NCBI GenBank assembly: GCA_964492425.1
Contig: CAZBKB010000007.1
Coordinates: forward strand, 1 to 50,082
DNA from: an uncultured Gammaproteobacteria bacterium
Lineage (GTDB): Bacteria > Patescibacteriota > Microgenomatia > Curtissbacterales > GWA2-41-24
Reading direction: 5' to 3'
Length of the DNA stretch: 50,082 bases
Shown in pieces: positions 1 through 9,702 of the stretch. Within the stretch, counting starts at the first letter, position 1, and each line of letters begins with the position of its first letter. The position numbers and the translations under genes are program-made. The notes under the pieces are model-generated. The model worked only from the letters and a program-made list of their open reading frames with translations, was not told where the DNA came from and made no database searches.

Positions 1-228
1 TTGTTTGCTGTCTACATGCAAAGCCGATGCAGACCAGCCCTTGTAATCTTTAGCCTCATCCAGCTTCATCACCCTCTCAACAACCACATCATCTGCCAAA
101 ACCTTCGCCTTAAAATAACCCTTATAAAATAAGGACCCAAAAACCACCGCCACAAACAGCACCGCAAGCACTAAGCCTAAAAAAAACTTCTTTCGAAGAT
201 GTTTAAATTTGCCAATGTCAAACTTCAT
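1..228 (-). CDS. Partial secreted/membrane-anchored protein (runs off the window edge)
   Basis: Read manually: ATG at 228, MKFDIGKFKHLRKKFFLGLVLAVLFVAVVFGSLFYKG..., open to position 1. Basic N-region followed by a hydrophobic helix. Confidence 0.75.
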   Translation of the reverse strand, partial: MKFDIGKFKHLRKKFFLGLVLAVLFVAVVFGSLFYKGYFKAKVLADDVVVERVMKLDEAKDYKGWSASALHVDSKQ

Positions 229-319
229 ATAAACTTCCACCTCTCAACTTACTGCGCTCAGCTTTCAGCGTTTAGCATTTAGCCTTAAACGAGCCTCGCC
301 ATTGGCGGGCGTTAAGCGC

Positions 320-2563
320 TCAATTACAATTGGTCCCAACTTGCGCAAGAGCAACAAGCACATCCTGCAAGGTAACTGAACCGTTGGGTGGGCCGGACCT
401 CCACAATTGGTTTGGGTCCGTACTCGGAGTCCTGTCATACTCTCTGCCATCTTCTACCCCGTTACCGTTAATGTCCGAATCATAGTCATAACCGGCTGAA
501 TTCGCCGGACCGTTATCCCATGTACCCACAAATGCCAAAACCGCCCCAACATCCTGAAGACTGATTATTTTGTTTTTAGAAGCGGTAACTCCTGTTTTAA
601 GAGCAGGAGATGGCACATCAAAAAAGTCATATTTGGTTGCCGGACTTCTTAACCCACCAGTATGCCAATCACCACCGGCCTCTCTGCTATCCCGGCAGCC
701 ATCACCATCACTTTCTGAAACAAACGGACTGCTGTTAAAGTTTTTAACCTCATCTTTATCCGAAATTCCATCTGCATCCGTGTCTGTTAAATTCAAATCA
801 GTCTGATAATAGAAATCCTCCTCGGCATCCGAAAGTCCATCGCCATCACGATCTATCTGGTGAGTATAAGTTGCAAAACCTCCCGAAAATGAAGGTGGTC
901 CAGAACTTGTCCAATCCAAAGTGTAAAATCCAACCGGTCTATCCTTGTAATCATACATTTGGTCAGTCCACATATCAGAATATTCTTCTGCGGCTAAGTC
1001 AAAAAGGCTCCCGGGCTGACCATTATATTGTAGCCTTAATTGAAACTGTAAAAATGGTGCCGATGCGGACTTTATCAAAATTGAATCCTCATGCATAAGG
1101 CCCATTTCATTGAAAAAAACAGAAAAATAAGGATAATGTTGTACAATCTCGCCGAGATAAGTCCTTCCAGCAATCAACGATTCTCCATAGTAAAGTGCCA
1201 AATCTTCCGGTGACTTAACTTTAAACTCTACCCAATTGTCCATAAAAAATGGGTCAGTTGCCTTGGCGTCACTCATATTTTCTATCGGATTTACCACCCC
1301 ATTCAAAATGTTAAGCGCAATCTGCAAACTCGTCCCGCCCTGCACACTTTTAAGATGCTCTTGCTCAAAAGTAAAATATCGTGGCACCGAAGCTGGTATG
1401 ACACTGTTTGCCGCATGACTCATCCCAGATACCGTCTCATCCCCTGTATTACTCTTGGCCATTACTTTAGTATTATTGGCTAGATTTAGAGTTCTAAAGG
1501 TAGTCCATGTAGGCAAACCGCTGCCAGCAATTATGTTAAATTTCACACTGCCCGGAGGAGACCTTAAGATTGTCTCCAAACTTTGCTGAAACGTCCTTGC
1601 AATGCTAATCGAATTTGGATTCGACCTCTTTTGAGCAATAAGGGGGAATACATCGTTTGCGGCCATCCTCTTATCTGGAATGCCAAAAAATGACGCATCA
1701 TCAAAAAAATAAGGAATGTAAGGGTCCCGTGGTAAAAGTTCGGCCACACCAGGCATATTTGTCGTTATCCTCTGAACAGTATCAGCACTCGGACCAATAT
1801 TGCCAAAGAGGTCGACCAATATCGATTTTCCGTAATTGACCCCCCACAATATTGAAGCAGCCGATTTTGCCGAACCCAAAAAAGGAGTTCCGACCGTAAT
1901 TACGTGATCAACCTTGCTCGGATAAGCTTTGGCATAAAGCCAGGCAACATAACCACCCTGACTGTGAGCAACCAGATTTACTTTTCCGCTTCCCCTAACT
2001 GCGTCAACCATAGTGTTAAGCCTTGCAACATTGACATAATTATTATTAACGTCCTTTTCCCCAGCACCAGCTCGCCAATCCCATCCAAAGTAAAAAAGAT
2101 CTATACCGTGGATGTAGCCATTATTTTCAAAGAACGAATGAAAAGGCCCGTAAATTTGATTAAAGTCAACAAAATCAAGCATAGGATTATCCAAAGTGCC
2201 GCCAGCAGCCGGGCCAGTAGGATATTTTGGTTTGACCTTTAACCCATCATTTACAAATTCAAGTGCAAGATATTTTTTTTGGTTTACGTGGAGAGCTGAG
2301 CCCCAGACCTCATCTCCTTGATTAAAATGTTGACCCTCAGTTGTATCAAAATTTTCGGTTGCTACTATCTTAGTGCCCATTGTCCCAGGAATTAATATTG
2401 TCGGAGTTTTACCAGCCGCTTTCACCAATACAAAATCTGCCAGAGGGAAATAAAGAAGCACCGGGAAAATTGCCAGAAAAAGAACCAGACCAACACAAGC
2501 TAGCCCACAACTACCTTGCAACGATTTTATTAAATTTTTAATATTACCCTCACCTTGGTTCAC
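320..2563 (-). CDS. Secreted LCAT/PLA2G15-like alpha/beta hydrolase (lipase/acyltransferase) with Ca-binding DxDxDG repeats and a flexitail-like C-terminal domain
   Basis: N-terminal TM; ILIPGTMGT oxyanion motif, YFGWDWR, nucleophile elbow AHSQGG, GTPFLGS, GDETV; DRDGDGLSD/DTDADGISD repeats; tail DGDGC...DFFDVP...YDR...GPPNG.V..QD...QVGTNCN. Confidence 0.8.
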   Translation of the reverse strand: MNQGEGNIKNLIKSLQGSCGLACVGLVLFLAIFPVLLYFPLADFVLVKAAGKTPTILIPGTMGTKIVATENFDTTEGQHFNQGDEVWGSALHVNQKKYLALEFVNDGLKVKPKYPTGPAAGGTLDNPMLDFVDFNQIYGPFHSFFENNGYIHGIDLFYFGWDWRAGAGEKDVNNNYVNVARLNTMVDAVRGSGKVNLVAHSQGGYVAWLYAKAYPSKVDHVITVGTPFLGSAKSAASILWGVNYGKSILVDLFGNIGPSADTVQRITTNMPGVAELLPRDPYIPYFFDDASFFGIPDKRMAANDVFPLIAQKRSNPNSISIARTFQQSLETILRSPPGSVKFNIIAGSGLPTWTTFRTLNLANNTKVMAKSNTGDETVSGMSHAANSVIPASVPRYFTFEQEHLKSVQGGTSLQIALNILNGVVNPIENMSDAKATDPFFMDNWVEFKVKSPEDLALYYGESLIAGRTYLGEIVQHYPYFSVFFNEMGLMHEDSILIKSASAPFLQFQLRLQYNGQPGSLFDLAAEEYSDMWTDQMYDYKDRPVGFYTLDWTSSGPPSFSGGFATYTHQIDRDGDGLSDAEEDFYYQTDLNLTDTDADGISDKDEVKNFNSSPFVSESDGDGCRDSREAGGDWHTGGLRSPATKYDFFDVPSPALKTGVTASKNKIISLQDVGAVLAFVGTWDNGPANSAGYDYDSDINGNGVEDGREYDRTPSTDPNQLWRSGPPNGSVTLQDVLVALAQVGTNCN
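426..628. repeat. 203-bp perfect direct repeat, copy 1 (copy 2 at 6854-7056), within the tail-domain coding sequence
   Basis: Base-by-base comparison from ggagtcctgtcatac to catcaaaaaagtc; offset 6428. Confidence 0.92.
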
Positions 2564-2677
2564 GTTATATCACCAGCCAAACAAAACTCAAGGGATCAAT
2601 TGAAAAGGCAAACTACAAACTATCAGCCTGCTTTCTGCTGGCAAGACAGTCCATAAATTATCCTGCTTTGCAAGCGC

Positions 2678-5600
2678 TCAATTACAATTGGTCCCAACTT
2701 GCGCAAGAGCAACAAGCGCGTCCTGTATTGTCACCGAGCCGTTCGGAGGACCAGACCTCCATGGTTGGCCAGGAATGCCTCCCGGCGACCTATCGTATTC
2801 CCGGCCGTCCGGTATGCCATTTCCATTAAGATCATCGTTATACTTTAGTTTATTGGCATTTGGTACCCCGCCATCACTTGTACCAACATACCTCAAAATT
2901 GCCATGACGTCGCCAAGCGTAATAGCTTTGCTTTTAGTGCCCGTTAACTTCCCCGGTTCAATTGCCGGCACCGGCACATCAAAGAAATCCCACTGATTAT
3001 AAGGATCTCTTTGCCCTCCCACTCTCCAATCAGTCCCCTGTTCTTGTACGTCCGTACAGCCGTCACCGTCATTGTCAAAAACGGGCGGCGGCGGAGCAAA
3101 AGGATCATTGCCAAAAAATGTCGGCCCGAAACCTGCGCTCTGTATTGTCGATTCACCTACAACAGAATTTCCGGAAGGCGGATTACAATTCGGAGCGCAA
3201 ACAGTCACCTTATAAGTAGTTGCAGGCTTTACTCCGCTAAATGAAACTGCCATTGTCGACTTAACAGAATTAGAATAACTTTGAACCAGACAATCCGCTC
3301 CGGCTTCGTAACAATTGTTGTAAAGATATTTTGGAAACGCCACAACCGCATAATCCCAAACCCAACCCCAGGTAAATGAACCGTCAGGGCTTGCCCGCAT
3401 GCTGTCATAAGGCCCGTCAACAACAGACCCTTGCGCGTCATTTAATTTTGTTTGTACGGAAACAGGCTCATTCCCGATAAATGTCAAAGGATATATACTG
3501 CAGTAAGCACTAAAACTCTGGCACCATCTTACATAGCTGTCAGAAGAACCCAGATTGGGAATGTCTTGCAAAAGATGCGCCACACCGCCCACGTCAAACA
3601 CTTCGACTTTCCCACGAAAATCTACATTTTTAGGCAAACCCCGGGCCATAAACGTAGTTACATCGTGTACCGTATATGTGCTCAAACACCCGATTATCAC
3701 CGTTTGGCAGGCTTCTGTCCCGTCGCTTTTTTTCAAAACGGATGCTCTATAATTGACGGTTGGCCAGGAAATGGTGATTGTACAACTTGTCTGCCCTCCA
3801 CATTCATTCGTGACAGTTCGTAAATCAACCCAGGGATAAAACGCCAATTCGTTTGGATTATTGTCGGCCTTAGTAAGTATCATAACCCTATATTCGTAAA
3901 CATATCCCAAACTCGCCCTGGCAACAGTCATCGTTCCGCTGCTGTTTGTAGTTGCAGGCTCATCAGTCCAGGCATTCGGGTCACAACCAAAACCAGCAAC
4001 ACACCTGTGCGAAAAAACATAGCGAACCGGTGACCACGAAACATCTTTCTTTTGCCCGGTTGCTTCAAGATAACCTCTTGGCCTTGACCAGGTCACCCTT
4101 AAAGTACTACTCGTAGGTTGCGGGGTAACTCTCTGAATCTCAACCGTCGCCGATCTCGAATCGTGGCTTATACCTTTAATAACTATTCCATTGAAAGAAT
4201 CGACTATCGTCTGGCCATCCGAAATGCCTCCGTCCCTAAAATCAGCAACATCGGTCGAATCGGGAGTCGTATCCAAAAGATAAGTTATTCGATTCGGGCC
4301 AAGCGTCCCGGAAGCAAGCTCCAGGGTTGGCCCAGACTGCTGCTCCCTTCTGTACTGGATATAATATTTCGGCCCACCGTCAAAAGTCTTTATTTTAATT
4401 ACCCGAAAAGGGTTCGCAACGGGTGGTGCCTGTTCTTCAATCCGATAGACGGTAAAAGTACCACCAGCCGAAGCATCAGCAATCTCACTTGGGGAAAACC
4501 AGCCTAAATATTCTTTCGCGTAACCCCCATAATCTTTTACCGTCGTAGTATCCACATGACCGCTGCCCATCAAATCCGTAAAATTACCATACTTGTCAAC
4601 TTCACAACCGGTTGAAACCACCATGTACTCTTTACAATCATACGAGGACGCGTGCGCCAAAAACATATTGTGCCCAAACTCGTGGGGGGTTGCATCAGTC
4701 CCATAGGAAAACATCCAGCCGGAGGAATTCATTAAACTCCATCCGCTTACCTTACAGTCATTATCCCCACCCCAGTCAGCAATAATCAGGTTGTCGGTAA
4801 AATTTGCAGGGTTGGCAAAGTAGGTCTCCCTTGCCCTTAAGTCGGTTTCAAAAACAATTGTTTCTTTATTGCAAGTCTTATTAATCGGCAAATCCAGCTG
4901 GTAAAAAGTATCCGCAACAATACTGACCTTTCCAGAGGAGCTTTTGTTGACAAAACTTTTAAATTCCCCATTCAAATAATTCATAATCTGTCCCTCGGTC
5001 ATATCTCTTTGCCTGTAATCGACAAAAGAAATATAATAGACTGCAAATTTCCTTTGACCGGTAACCCCTGCAGCCTGAAAATCCTGGGAATTAGCCTGAA
5101 AACTGGATTGGGCAGGATAAATCAGGGAGGAATTATCCGATTGCCTATACCATGCCAATCCGTCAAGAACATAAGCATTTAAACTTATTTCTTTATTGCC
5201 AAACGAAAAATCAACAGGCGCAGCTTCCGCAAAAAGCTGCAGACGTTCGGCGGAAACCGGGGAATTCTTATTAAGGTAAGCCTCCTCGCTTACCGAATCA
5301 ACACCGTCTATGTGGAAATTTTGATAATAACCCTTTTCTGTCGATTTCTTTTCCAAATCGCCCTGAATATCAGCCGGGAAAATCGAAACGTCATCAAAAA
5401 CAACTTGGCCGACATCCGCCGGTTTTTCGCCAATTAACTGTTTTAATTTTGCTTTTCGATCTGCCGCAACGGTTTTTAAATCGCCAAGCTCTGAAACTTT
5501 CGCCGAATCGCTGGCGCTTTTATACTGTTCATTTTCCGACTTTAACTTTTCGTTTAAGGTTTTAATCTCGTCAACTAACGATGCTGGCGCCGTTTGGGAC

Positions 5601-5707
5601 AAAACAGGGTTGGGAATGGTAAATGCCGCAAACTGCAACAAGACAAAAGCCAGTACAAAAACAAGATGGAAAATTTTTGAGAAGAATCGTTTTGCCAGCT
5701 TTTTCAT
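2678..5707 (-). CDS. Secreted M11 (gametolysin)-like zinc metalloprotease with a flexitail-like C-terminal domain
   Basis: HEFGHNMFLAH zinc motif, followed by YGNFTDLMG and YLGW; N-terminal TM; same C-terminal tail. Start placed at ATG 5707 (MKKLAKR), which forms an ATGA overlap with the upstream stop; the ORF track start is 5740. Confidence 0.8.
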   Translation of the reverse strand: MKKLAKRFFSKIFHLVFVLAFVLLQFAAFTIPNPVLSQTAPASLVDEIKTLNEKLKSENEQYKSASDSAKVSELGDLKTVAADRKAKLKQLIGEKPADVGQVVFDDVSIFPADIQGDLEKKSTEKGYYQNFHIDGVDSVSEEAYLNKNSPVSAERLQLFAEAAPVDFSFGNKEISLNAYVLDGLAWYRQSDNSSLIYPAQSSFQANSQDFQAAGVTGQRKFAVYYISFVDYRQRDMTEGQIMNYLNGEFKSFVNKSSSGKVSIVADTFYQLDLPINKTCNKETIVFETDLRARETYFANPANFTDNLIIADWGGDNDCKVSGWSLMNSSGWMFSYGTDATPHEFGHNMFLAHASSYDCKEYMVVSTGCEVDKYGNFTDLMGSGHVDTTTVKDYGGYAKEYLGWFSPSEIADASAGGTFTVYRIEEQAPPVANPFRVIKIKTFDGGPKYYIQYRREQQSGPTLELASGTLGPNRITYLLDTTPDSTDVADFRDGGISDGQTIVDSFNGIVIKGISHDSRSATVEIQRVTPQPTSSTLRVTWSRPRGYLEATGQKKDVSWSPVRYVFSHRCVAGFGCDPNAWTDEPATTNSSGTMTVARASLGYVYEYRVMILTKADNNPNELAFYPWVDLRTVTNECGGQTSCTITISWPTVNYRASVLKKSDGTEACQTVIIGCLSTYTVHDVTTFMARGLPKNVDFRGKVEVFDVGGVAHLLQDIPNLGSSDSYVRWCQSFSAYCSIYPLTFIGNEPVSVQTKLNDAQGSVVDGPYDSMRASPDGSFTWGWVWDYAVVAFPKYLYNNCYEAGADCLVQSYSNSVKSTMAVSFSGVKPATTYKVTVCAPNCNPPSGNSVVGESTIQSAGFGPTFFGNDPFAPPPPVFDNDGDGCTDVQEQGTDWRVGGQRDPYNQWDFFDVPVPAIEPGKLTGTKSKAITLGDVMAILRYVGTSDGGVPNANKLKYNDDLNGNGIPDGREYDRSPGGIPGQPWRSGPPNGSVTIQDALVALAQVGTNCN

Positions 5708-6606
5708 CTGATAATAGGGGTTTCTTCCCGCGTTACGCACTTGCCACCCACTAAATCGGCAGGATCCTCGCCTGCAATCTTTATCTCACCCGATGTCGTA
5801 TTAACCGAAACTTGAAGGTTGGCACAGGAATCGCCGTGTCGATAAGCTATCGGCACAATTACCAAAGACCCCAAATCTTCAACTTCCCCGTTTTGCCGTG
5901 ATTCTCTAAATAAACTTCCGTTATTTGGCAGCGCCCTGGCAACATCCGACGGAATGCGCCTGCCGCCATTATCAGTTAAAATTGAAACCAGCTCGTCATA
6001 TGATGACACCGAATTATCATCCACATTCAAAGTAATTCCGACAATAACCGGCGCTCCCTCCTGTTCAATTTGGCAAACCCTCACGCCTTTTCTAATAGAG
6101 CGCCTGGGCTCCACCTCACGAATATCATGGCCGGAAAGGGAAAGTATTTGGGTGTAGTTGGAAGCGTCCGCTACAATCCCGCCCAGCCTGTCAGCCGGAA
6201 TTGGCCTGGTATCTATTGCCCCAACACAAAAATTGCGCTGATCCGGCGGCAAACGGTCAGAATCGACGGTTGGAAGCAGCTCAGGGGTCCTAATGTTATC
6301 AGGGACAGGTGTTGGAATCGGTGTTTGACCCTCGAAAGTTGCCGTTGGCACAAGCAAATCTTTGGTTCTTTCAACTGTTGGCAGCGGCGTTCGCGAGCCG
6401 TCGTTTGTCCTTGAATCAACCGGATCGCCGCAGGCAGCAATCGCCAGACCTACCAAACCAAGAGAGGCCAGCCCCATAACTATTCGCGCGCGCCGGGTTT
6501 GATGAAACGGTTCGCGTGTTTTTTTTCGCAGGGAATCTTCGGGTTGAGAAGCGTCAACTCTATTTGATGCAGGCAAACCAGGCTGTAACTCCAGCCGTTC
6601 GGCCAT
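5704..6606 (-). CDS. Hypothetical membrane-anchored protein with a lipobox-like LAIAAC motif and P/T-rich linker
   Basis: 307-aa ORF; ATG at 6606 chosen because the TTG at 6627 lies inside a consensus promoter; hydrophobic segment IVMGLASLGLVGLAIAACG. Confidence 0.7.
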   Translation of the reverse strand: MAERLELQPGLPASNRVDASQPEDSLRKKTREPFHQTRRARIVMGLASLGLVGLAIAACGDPVDSRTNDGSRTPLPTVERTKDLLVPTATFEGQTPIPTPVPDNIRTPELLPTVDSDRLPPDQRNFCVGAIDTRPIPADRLGGIVADASNYTQILSLSGHDIREVEPRRSIRKGVRVCQIEQEGAPVIVGITLNVDDNSVSSYDELVSILTDNGGRRIPSDVARALPNNGSLFRESRQNGEVEDLGSLVIVPIAYRHGDSCANLQVSVNTTSGEIKIAGEDPADLVGGKCVTREETPIIR

Positions 6607-6615
6607 TTGCCGCAA

Positions 6616-6643
6616 ATTATACTCCAAGCTTATAGCTTGTCAA
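6616..6643 (-). promoter_or_regulatory. Sigma70-type promoter TTGACA-16-TATAAT with a palindromic spacer
   Basis: Perfect hexamers; caagct-tat-agcttg palindrome at 6625-6639; ATG 9 nt downstream of the -10. Confidence 0.7.
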
Positions 6644-6747
6644 TATGGCAGTTAATAAAAAAACAAAGCTAGCTTGAGGAAACTATAAGTTTAAATCTTA
6701 GCAGGGCAAACAGCTATGTGCTAATATCTCCGTAGTGTAACAGTCAA

Positions 6748-9354
6748 TCAATTACAATTCGTCACAACTTGCGAAAGAAGTACCATTGCATCTTGCAGCG
6801 AAACGTAACCGTTCGGTGGCCCGGACCTCCACAATTGGTTAGGGTCCGTGCTTGGAGTCCTGTCATACTCTCTGCCATCTTCTACCCCGTTACCGTTAAT
6901 GTCCGAATCATAGTCATAACCGGCTGAATTCGCCGGACCGTTATCCCATGTACCCACAAATGCCAAAACCGCCCCAACATCCTGAAGACTGATTATTTTG
7001 TTTTTAGAAGCGGTAACTCCTGTTTTAAGAGCAGGAGATGGCACATCAAAAAAGTCCCAGGGATTGTTTGGATCCCTTTGGCCGCCCTTGCGCCAGTCCG
7101 CCCCTGCCTCCTGAATATCTGAACAACCATCGCCATCAGTGTCAACAGGGCTCGATACAGGTGCTGATTCATACTTAACAATACCCGATCCGTCACTTGT
7201 TCTTGGATAAACTATTTGAATCACAGAATCCGCACAATTTGGCATACAGTAATACAAATCATAGTTGATACTGGAACCAAGTCCTGAAATGGAAAATGAC
7301 GATAACTCAGCGCACTTTGTCGTACCGGTTGGCGACAAAGTGATTGCACTATCACAAAACTGAACTGGCCCCGACCAAACGACTGGACCGGCACAATCCG
7401 GCTTACAAACAACACCTTCATAACTTCCATCGGCAGTGCCGGAAAGAACAAAGCTTTTGAAGCTTGGTTGCCTGGAATTTGGATTTAACTGGTGTCCTAT
7501 CTCGGAAGGATTGTCCACAACTCCGGCATGATGTACCCAATAAGTAAAAAGGTTGGATGTGGTGTCAAGAGATTGATTATTTGCAAATACGCCAAGATCC
7601 AAAACATTGACATAATTTAAGTTACCGTTGAAAGATAAATTTCCAGAAGCATCGCTTATGATGCTTTGTCCAAAAAAACGATTACCTAAAAATGGAGTGT
7701 TGGTAACTATCGAATAATTTGTCGATGGAGTCAAACCGGAAAAAGTCGCTTGAGTGATTGAGGCTCCCGAAACCCAATTATTATTTTCCTTCACACCAAT
7801 CTCAAATATACTGCCCAGACGGTCAAATTTTTTTAAGTCTTTCACCCGATATTGAGTTATCTTTGCCCAAAACGCCACCGGTCCCCGCACATAACCATAA
7901 CTTGTCAAATCCAGTGCCGAATAACGATGCCGTGTACCGGCATCCCATCGGTAAATCGGGGCAAGTCCCCAACCAGGTTTAGCAGAAGCATAAAAAGCAA
8001 TTCCTGAATCTACAAATCCGGCTCCAGGCGAGCTGGTACCATAAATGTGTTCAGATCCGTTAACCCAATCTTTAATTGCTGTAAACTGCGAATTCAAATA
8101 AGCTGAGGCATAAAACGCAGTGCCTTCTTTGCTGAATCCGGCAACTGTTTGATCTGTTTTGTAAACAGCGTTGCCACTACCGTCAACAAACTGATTGACG
8201 GCTGTTCCCAAAACCACCTCGTGCATAAAAGGTTGATATAAAACCGTGTTTGAGTGGCTAACATAAATTGTCTGGCCGTTATTTTTCTGGAATTGCGGAT
8301 GTTCTTTACCGCCATAACAGGGATAGTCTGTGCCTTGTGAACCTAAAGCATAATGGTCAAGGCAATCAATCAGCTGTGTCTCAGGCGACCATGGGCCGGT
8401 CACATTATCAGCCGTACGCATCACCATCTCCGAAACATAACCGGTGTTATAAATTGCCGTCCATTTCCCTAAAAAGGGATTTTGGCGAATCGTCATACCG
8501 TGGCTGGCAATAGCACCTTGATCCCACAATGGAACCATTCTTGCTGGATCAGGTTGGAATGAGCCACCATCCCAATAGCTATAAACGGATCTTGTCTCAA
8601 TGTCACCCGCCGCTACCCTAGAAAGTAATGTAACACTCTTCGTTGGCGCAGCAACCGTTTCCCCACCCCAAAAAACATAGACATCGTTACCATTTTTAAC
8701 CAGGGCTGCTCCGGTGATTTTATAATTTGGAACGCGTGAATCCAAACTGGTGAAAAATGGTTCGATTACCCGGGTTGAAACAAGCGTTGTAGGATCCATC
8801 CTGCCAAGACTGACTCCTGAGACCTGAAAATTGACACAGGTACCAGGAACAATTGGCGAATAGAAAAAATGGATTTGACCCCCTACCGCGTTAACAACAT
8901 CAGTCGGCCAGATAGTACATTCACTATCGGTTTTTGGCAGCATTGGAACTGCCTGGCCACCTGATGACTTGCTATTCATTGTGAAACAGTCAGCGGCATC
9001 AGTATCAGTGGTAGTCGCAACGCTATTTTCAATCTGACCTGAAGTGGTGTTAGTATCTCCGAAAACGAAGTAACTGGTATTTCCAATGCTGGTACTTGCT
9101 CCACCGTCTTCACCATTTATCCCGACTGCTGTCTGATTGGCAGAAACAAAAGAACATACTTTTCGCTCCGCAATTACCACAATATCTTTAGCATCCAACA
9201 AGGGTGTTGCCCAATTTCCTGCGCTTATGTTCCTATCTATTCCAATAGTCGATAAAACAACTATCACAAAAGAAAACGGGACTATCAAAAATAGTATAAA
9301 TAAAGCTATAACCGCACTTGACCTATGAGGTTGTTCTGCCATTTTCTTCATCAT
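6748..9354 (-). CDS. Secreted DUF4185-like beta-propeller (putative glycoside hydrolase), DUF5648-like repeats and a flexitail-like C-terminal domain
   Basis: GEDGGAS...YFVFGDT, IWPT, ADNVTGPWS and CYGGKEHP motifs typical of DUF4185; EGTAFYA / SGIAFYA / PIYR repeats; same C-terminal tail. Confidence 0.7.
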   Translation of the reverse strand: MMKKMAEQPHRSSAVIALFILFLIVPFSFVIVVLSTIGIDRNISAGNWATPLLDAKDIVVIAERKVCSFVSANQTAVGINGEDGGASTSIGNTSYFVFGDTNTTSGQIENSVATTTDTDAADCFTMNSKSSGGQAVPMLPKTDSECTIWPTDVVNAVGGQIHFFYSPIVPGTCVNFQVSGVSLGRMDPTTLVSTRVIEPFFTSLDSRVPNYKITGAALVKNGNDVYVFWGGETVAAPTKSVTLLSRVAAGDIETRSVYSYWDGGSFQPDPARMVPLWDQGAIASHGMTIRQNPFLGKWTAIYNTGYVSEMVMRTADNVTGPWSPETQLIDCLDHYALGSQGTDYPCYGGKEHPQFQKNNGQTIYVSHSNTVLYQPFMHEVVLGTAVNQFVDGSGNAVYKTDQTVAGFSKEGTAFYASAYLNSQFTAIKDWVNGSEHIYGTSSPGAGFVDSGIAFYASAKPGWGLAPIYRWDAGTRHRYSALDLTSYGYVRGPVAFWAKITQYRVKDLKKFDRLGSIFEIGVKENNNWVSGASITQATFSGLTPSTNYSIVTNTPFLGNRFFGQSIISDASGNLSFNGNLNYVNVLDLGVFANNQSLDTTSNLFTYWVHHAGVVDNPSEIGHQLNPNSRQPSFKSFVLSGTADGSYEGVVCKPDCAGPVVWSGPVQFCDSAITLSPTGTTKCAELSSFSISGLGSSINYDLYYCMPNCADSVIQIVYPRTSDGSGIVKYESAPVSSPVDTDGDGCSDIQEAGADWRKGGQRDPNNPWDFFDVPSPALKTGVTASKNKIISLQDVGAVLAFVGTWDNGPANSAGYDYDSDINGNGVEDGREYDRTPSTDPNQLWRSGPPNGYVSLQDAMVLLSQVVTNCN
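6854..7056. repeat. 203-bp perfect direct repeat, copy 2
   Basis: Identical to 426-628. Confidence 0.92.
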
Positions 9355-9462
9355 TTAGTACGCGTGGGCCAAATATTTACCCACCTACTCTAAGAATGTG
9401 CCTTTTAAAATAATTTGTCAAAAATCTAACCGAAGCGTGAGGGCACCTAAGTTATTAATTAC

Positions 9463-9588
9463 CTACAGCAAACTGCTCATCAAGACCATAGACACTAAAA
9501 ATACCGAAAGTATCAAAAGAACCACAACAGTCCATAGCACAAAATAAGCGTTATGTGGATAAGCTTTCAGCTTCTTCAGAGCATCCAT
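9463..9588 (-). CDS. Small (41 aa) single-pass membrane protein
   Basis: Read manually: MDALKKLKAYPHNAYFVLWTVVVLLILSVFLVSMVLMSSLL; upstream AGGGA and TTGACA-17-CATAGT. Confidence 0.5.
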   Translation of the reverse strand: MDALKKLKAYPHNAYFVLWTVVVLLILSVFLVSMVLMSSLL

Positions 9589-9702
9589 AGTTACTGTCCC
9601 TAAAATTAACTATGAAACTTTTAACAATCATTGTCAAGAAATGATTTTCGAACTAATCTAAATTAACCTAGACAACAGATTGCACCCGCCAAATTAAAAC
9701 TA

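Noticed and set aside
6616-6643. Palindromic promoter spacer as a MerR operator for the giant protein's HTH
   Set aside because: MerR-activated promoters have 19-20 bp spacers; this one is 16 bp and nothing links it to that protein.
426-7056. Repeat pair as a diversity-generating retroelement TR/VR
   Set aside because: The core is identical, flanking differences are not adenine-specific, both copies are in coding tails, and no reverse transcriptase is in the window.
9554-9562. Perfect DnaA box (TGTGGATAA) suggesting oriC
   Set aside because: Single box inside a probable small ORF; no box cluster or dnaA/dnaN nearby.
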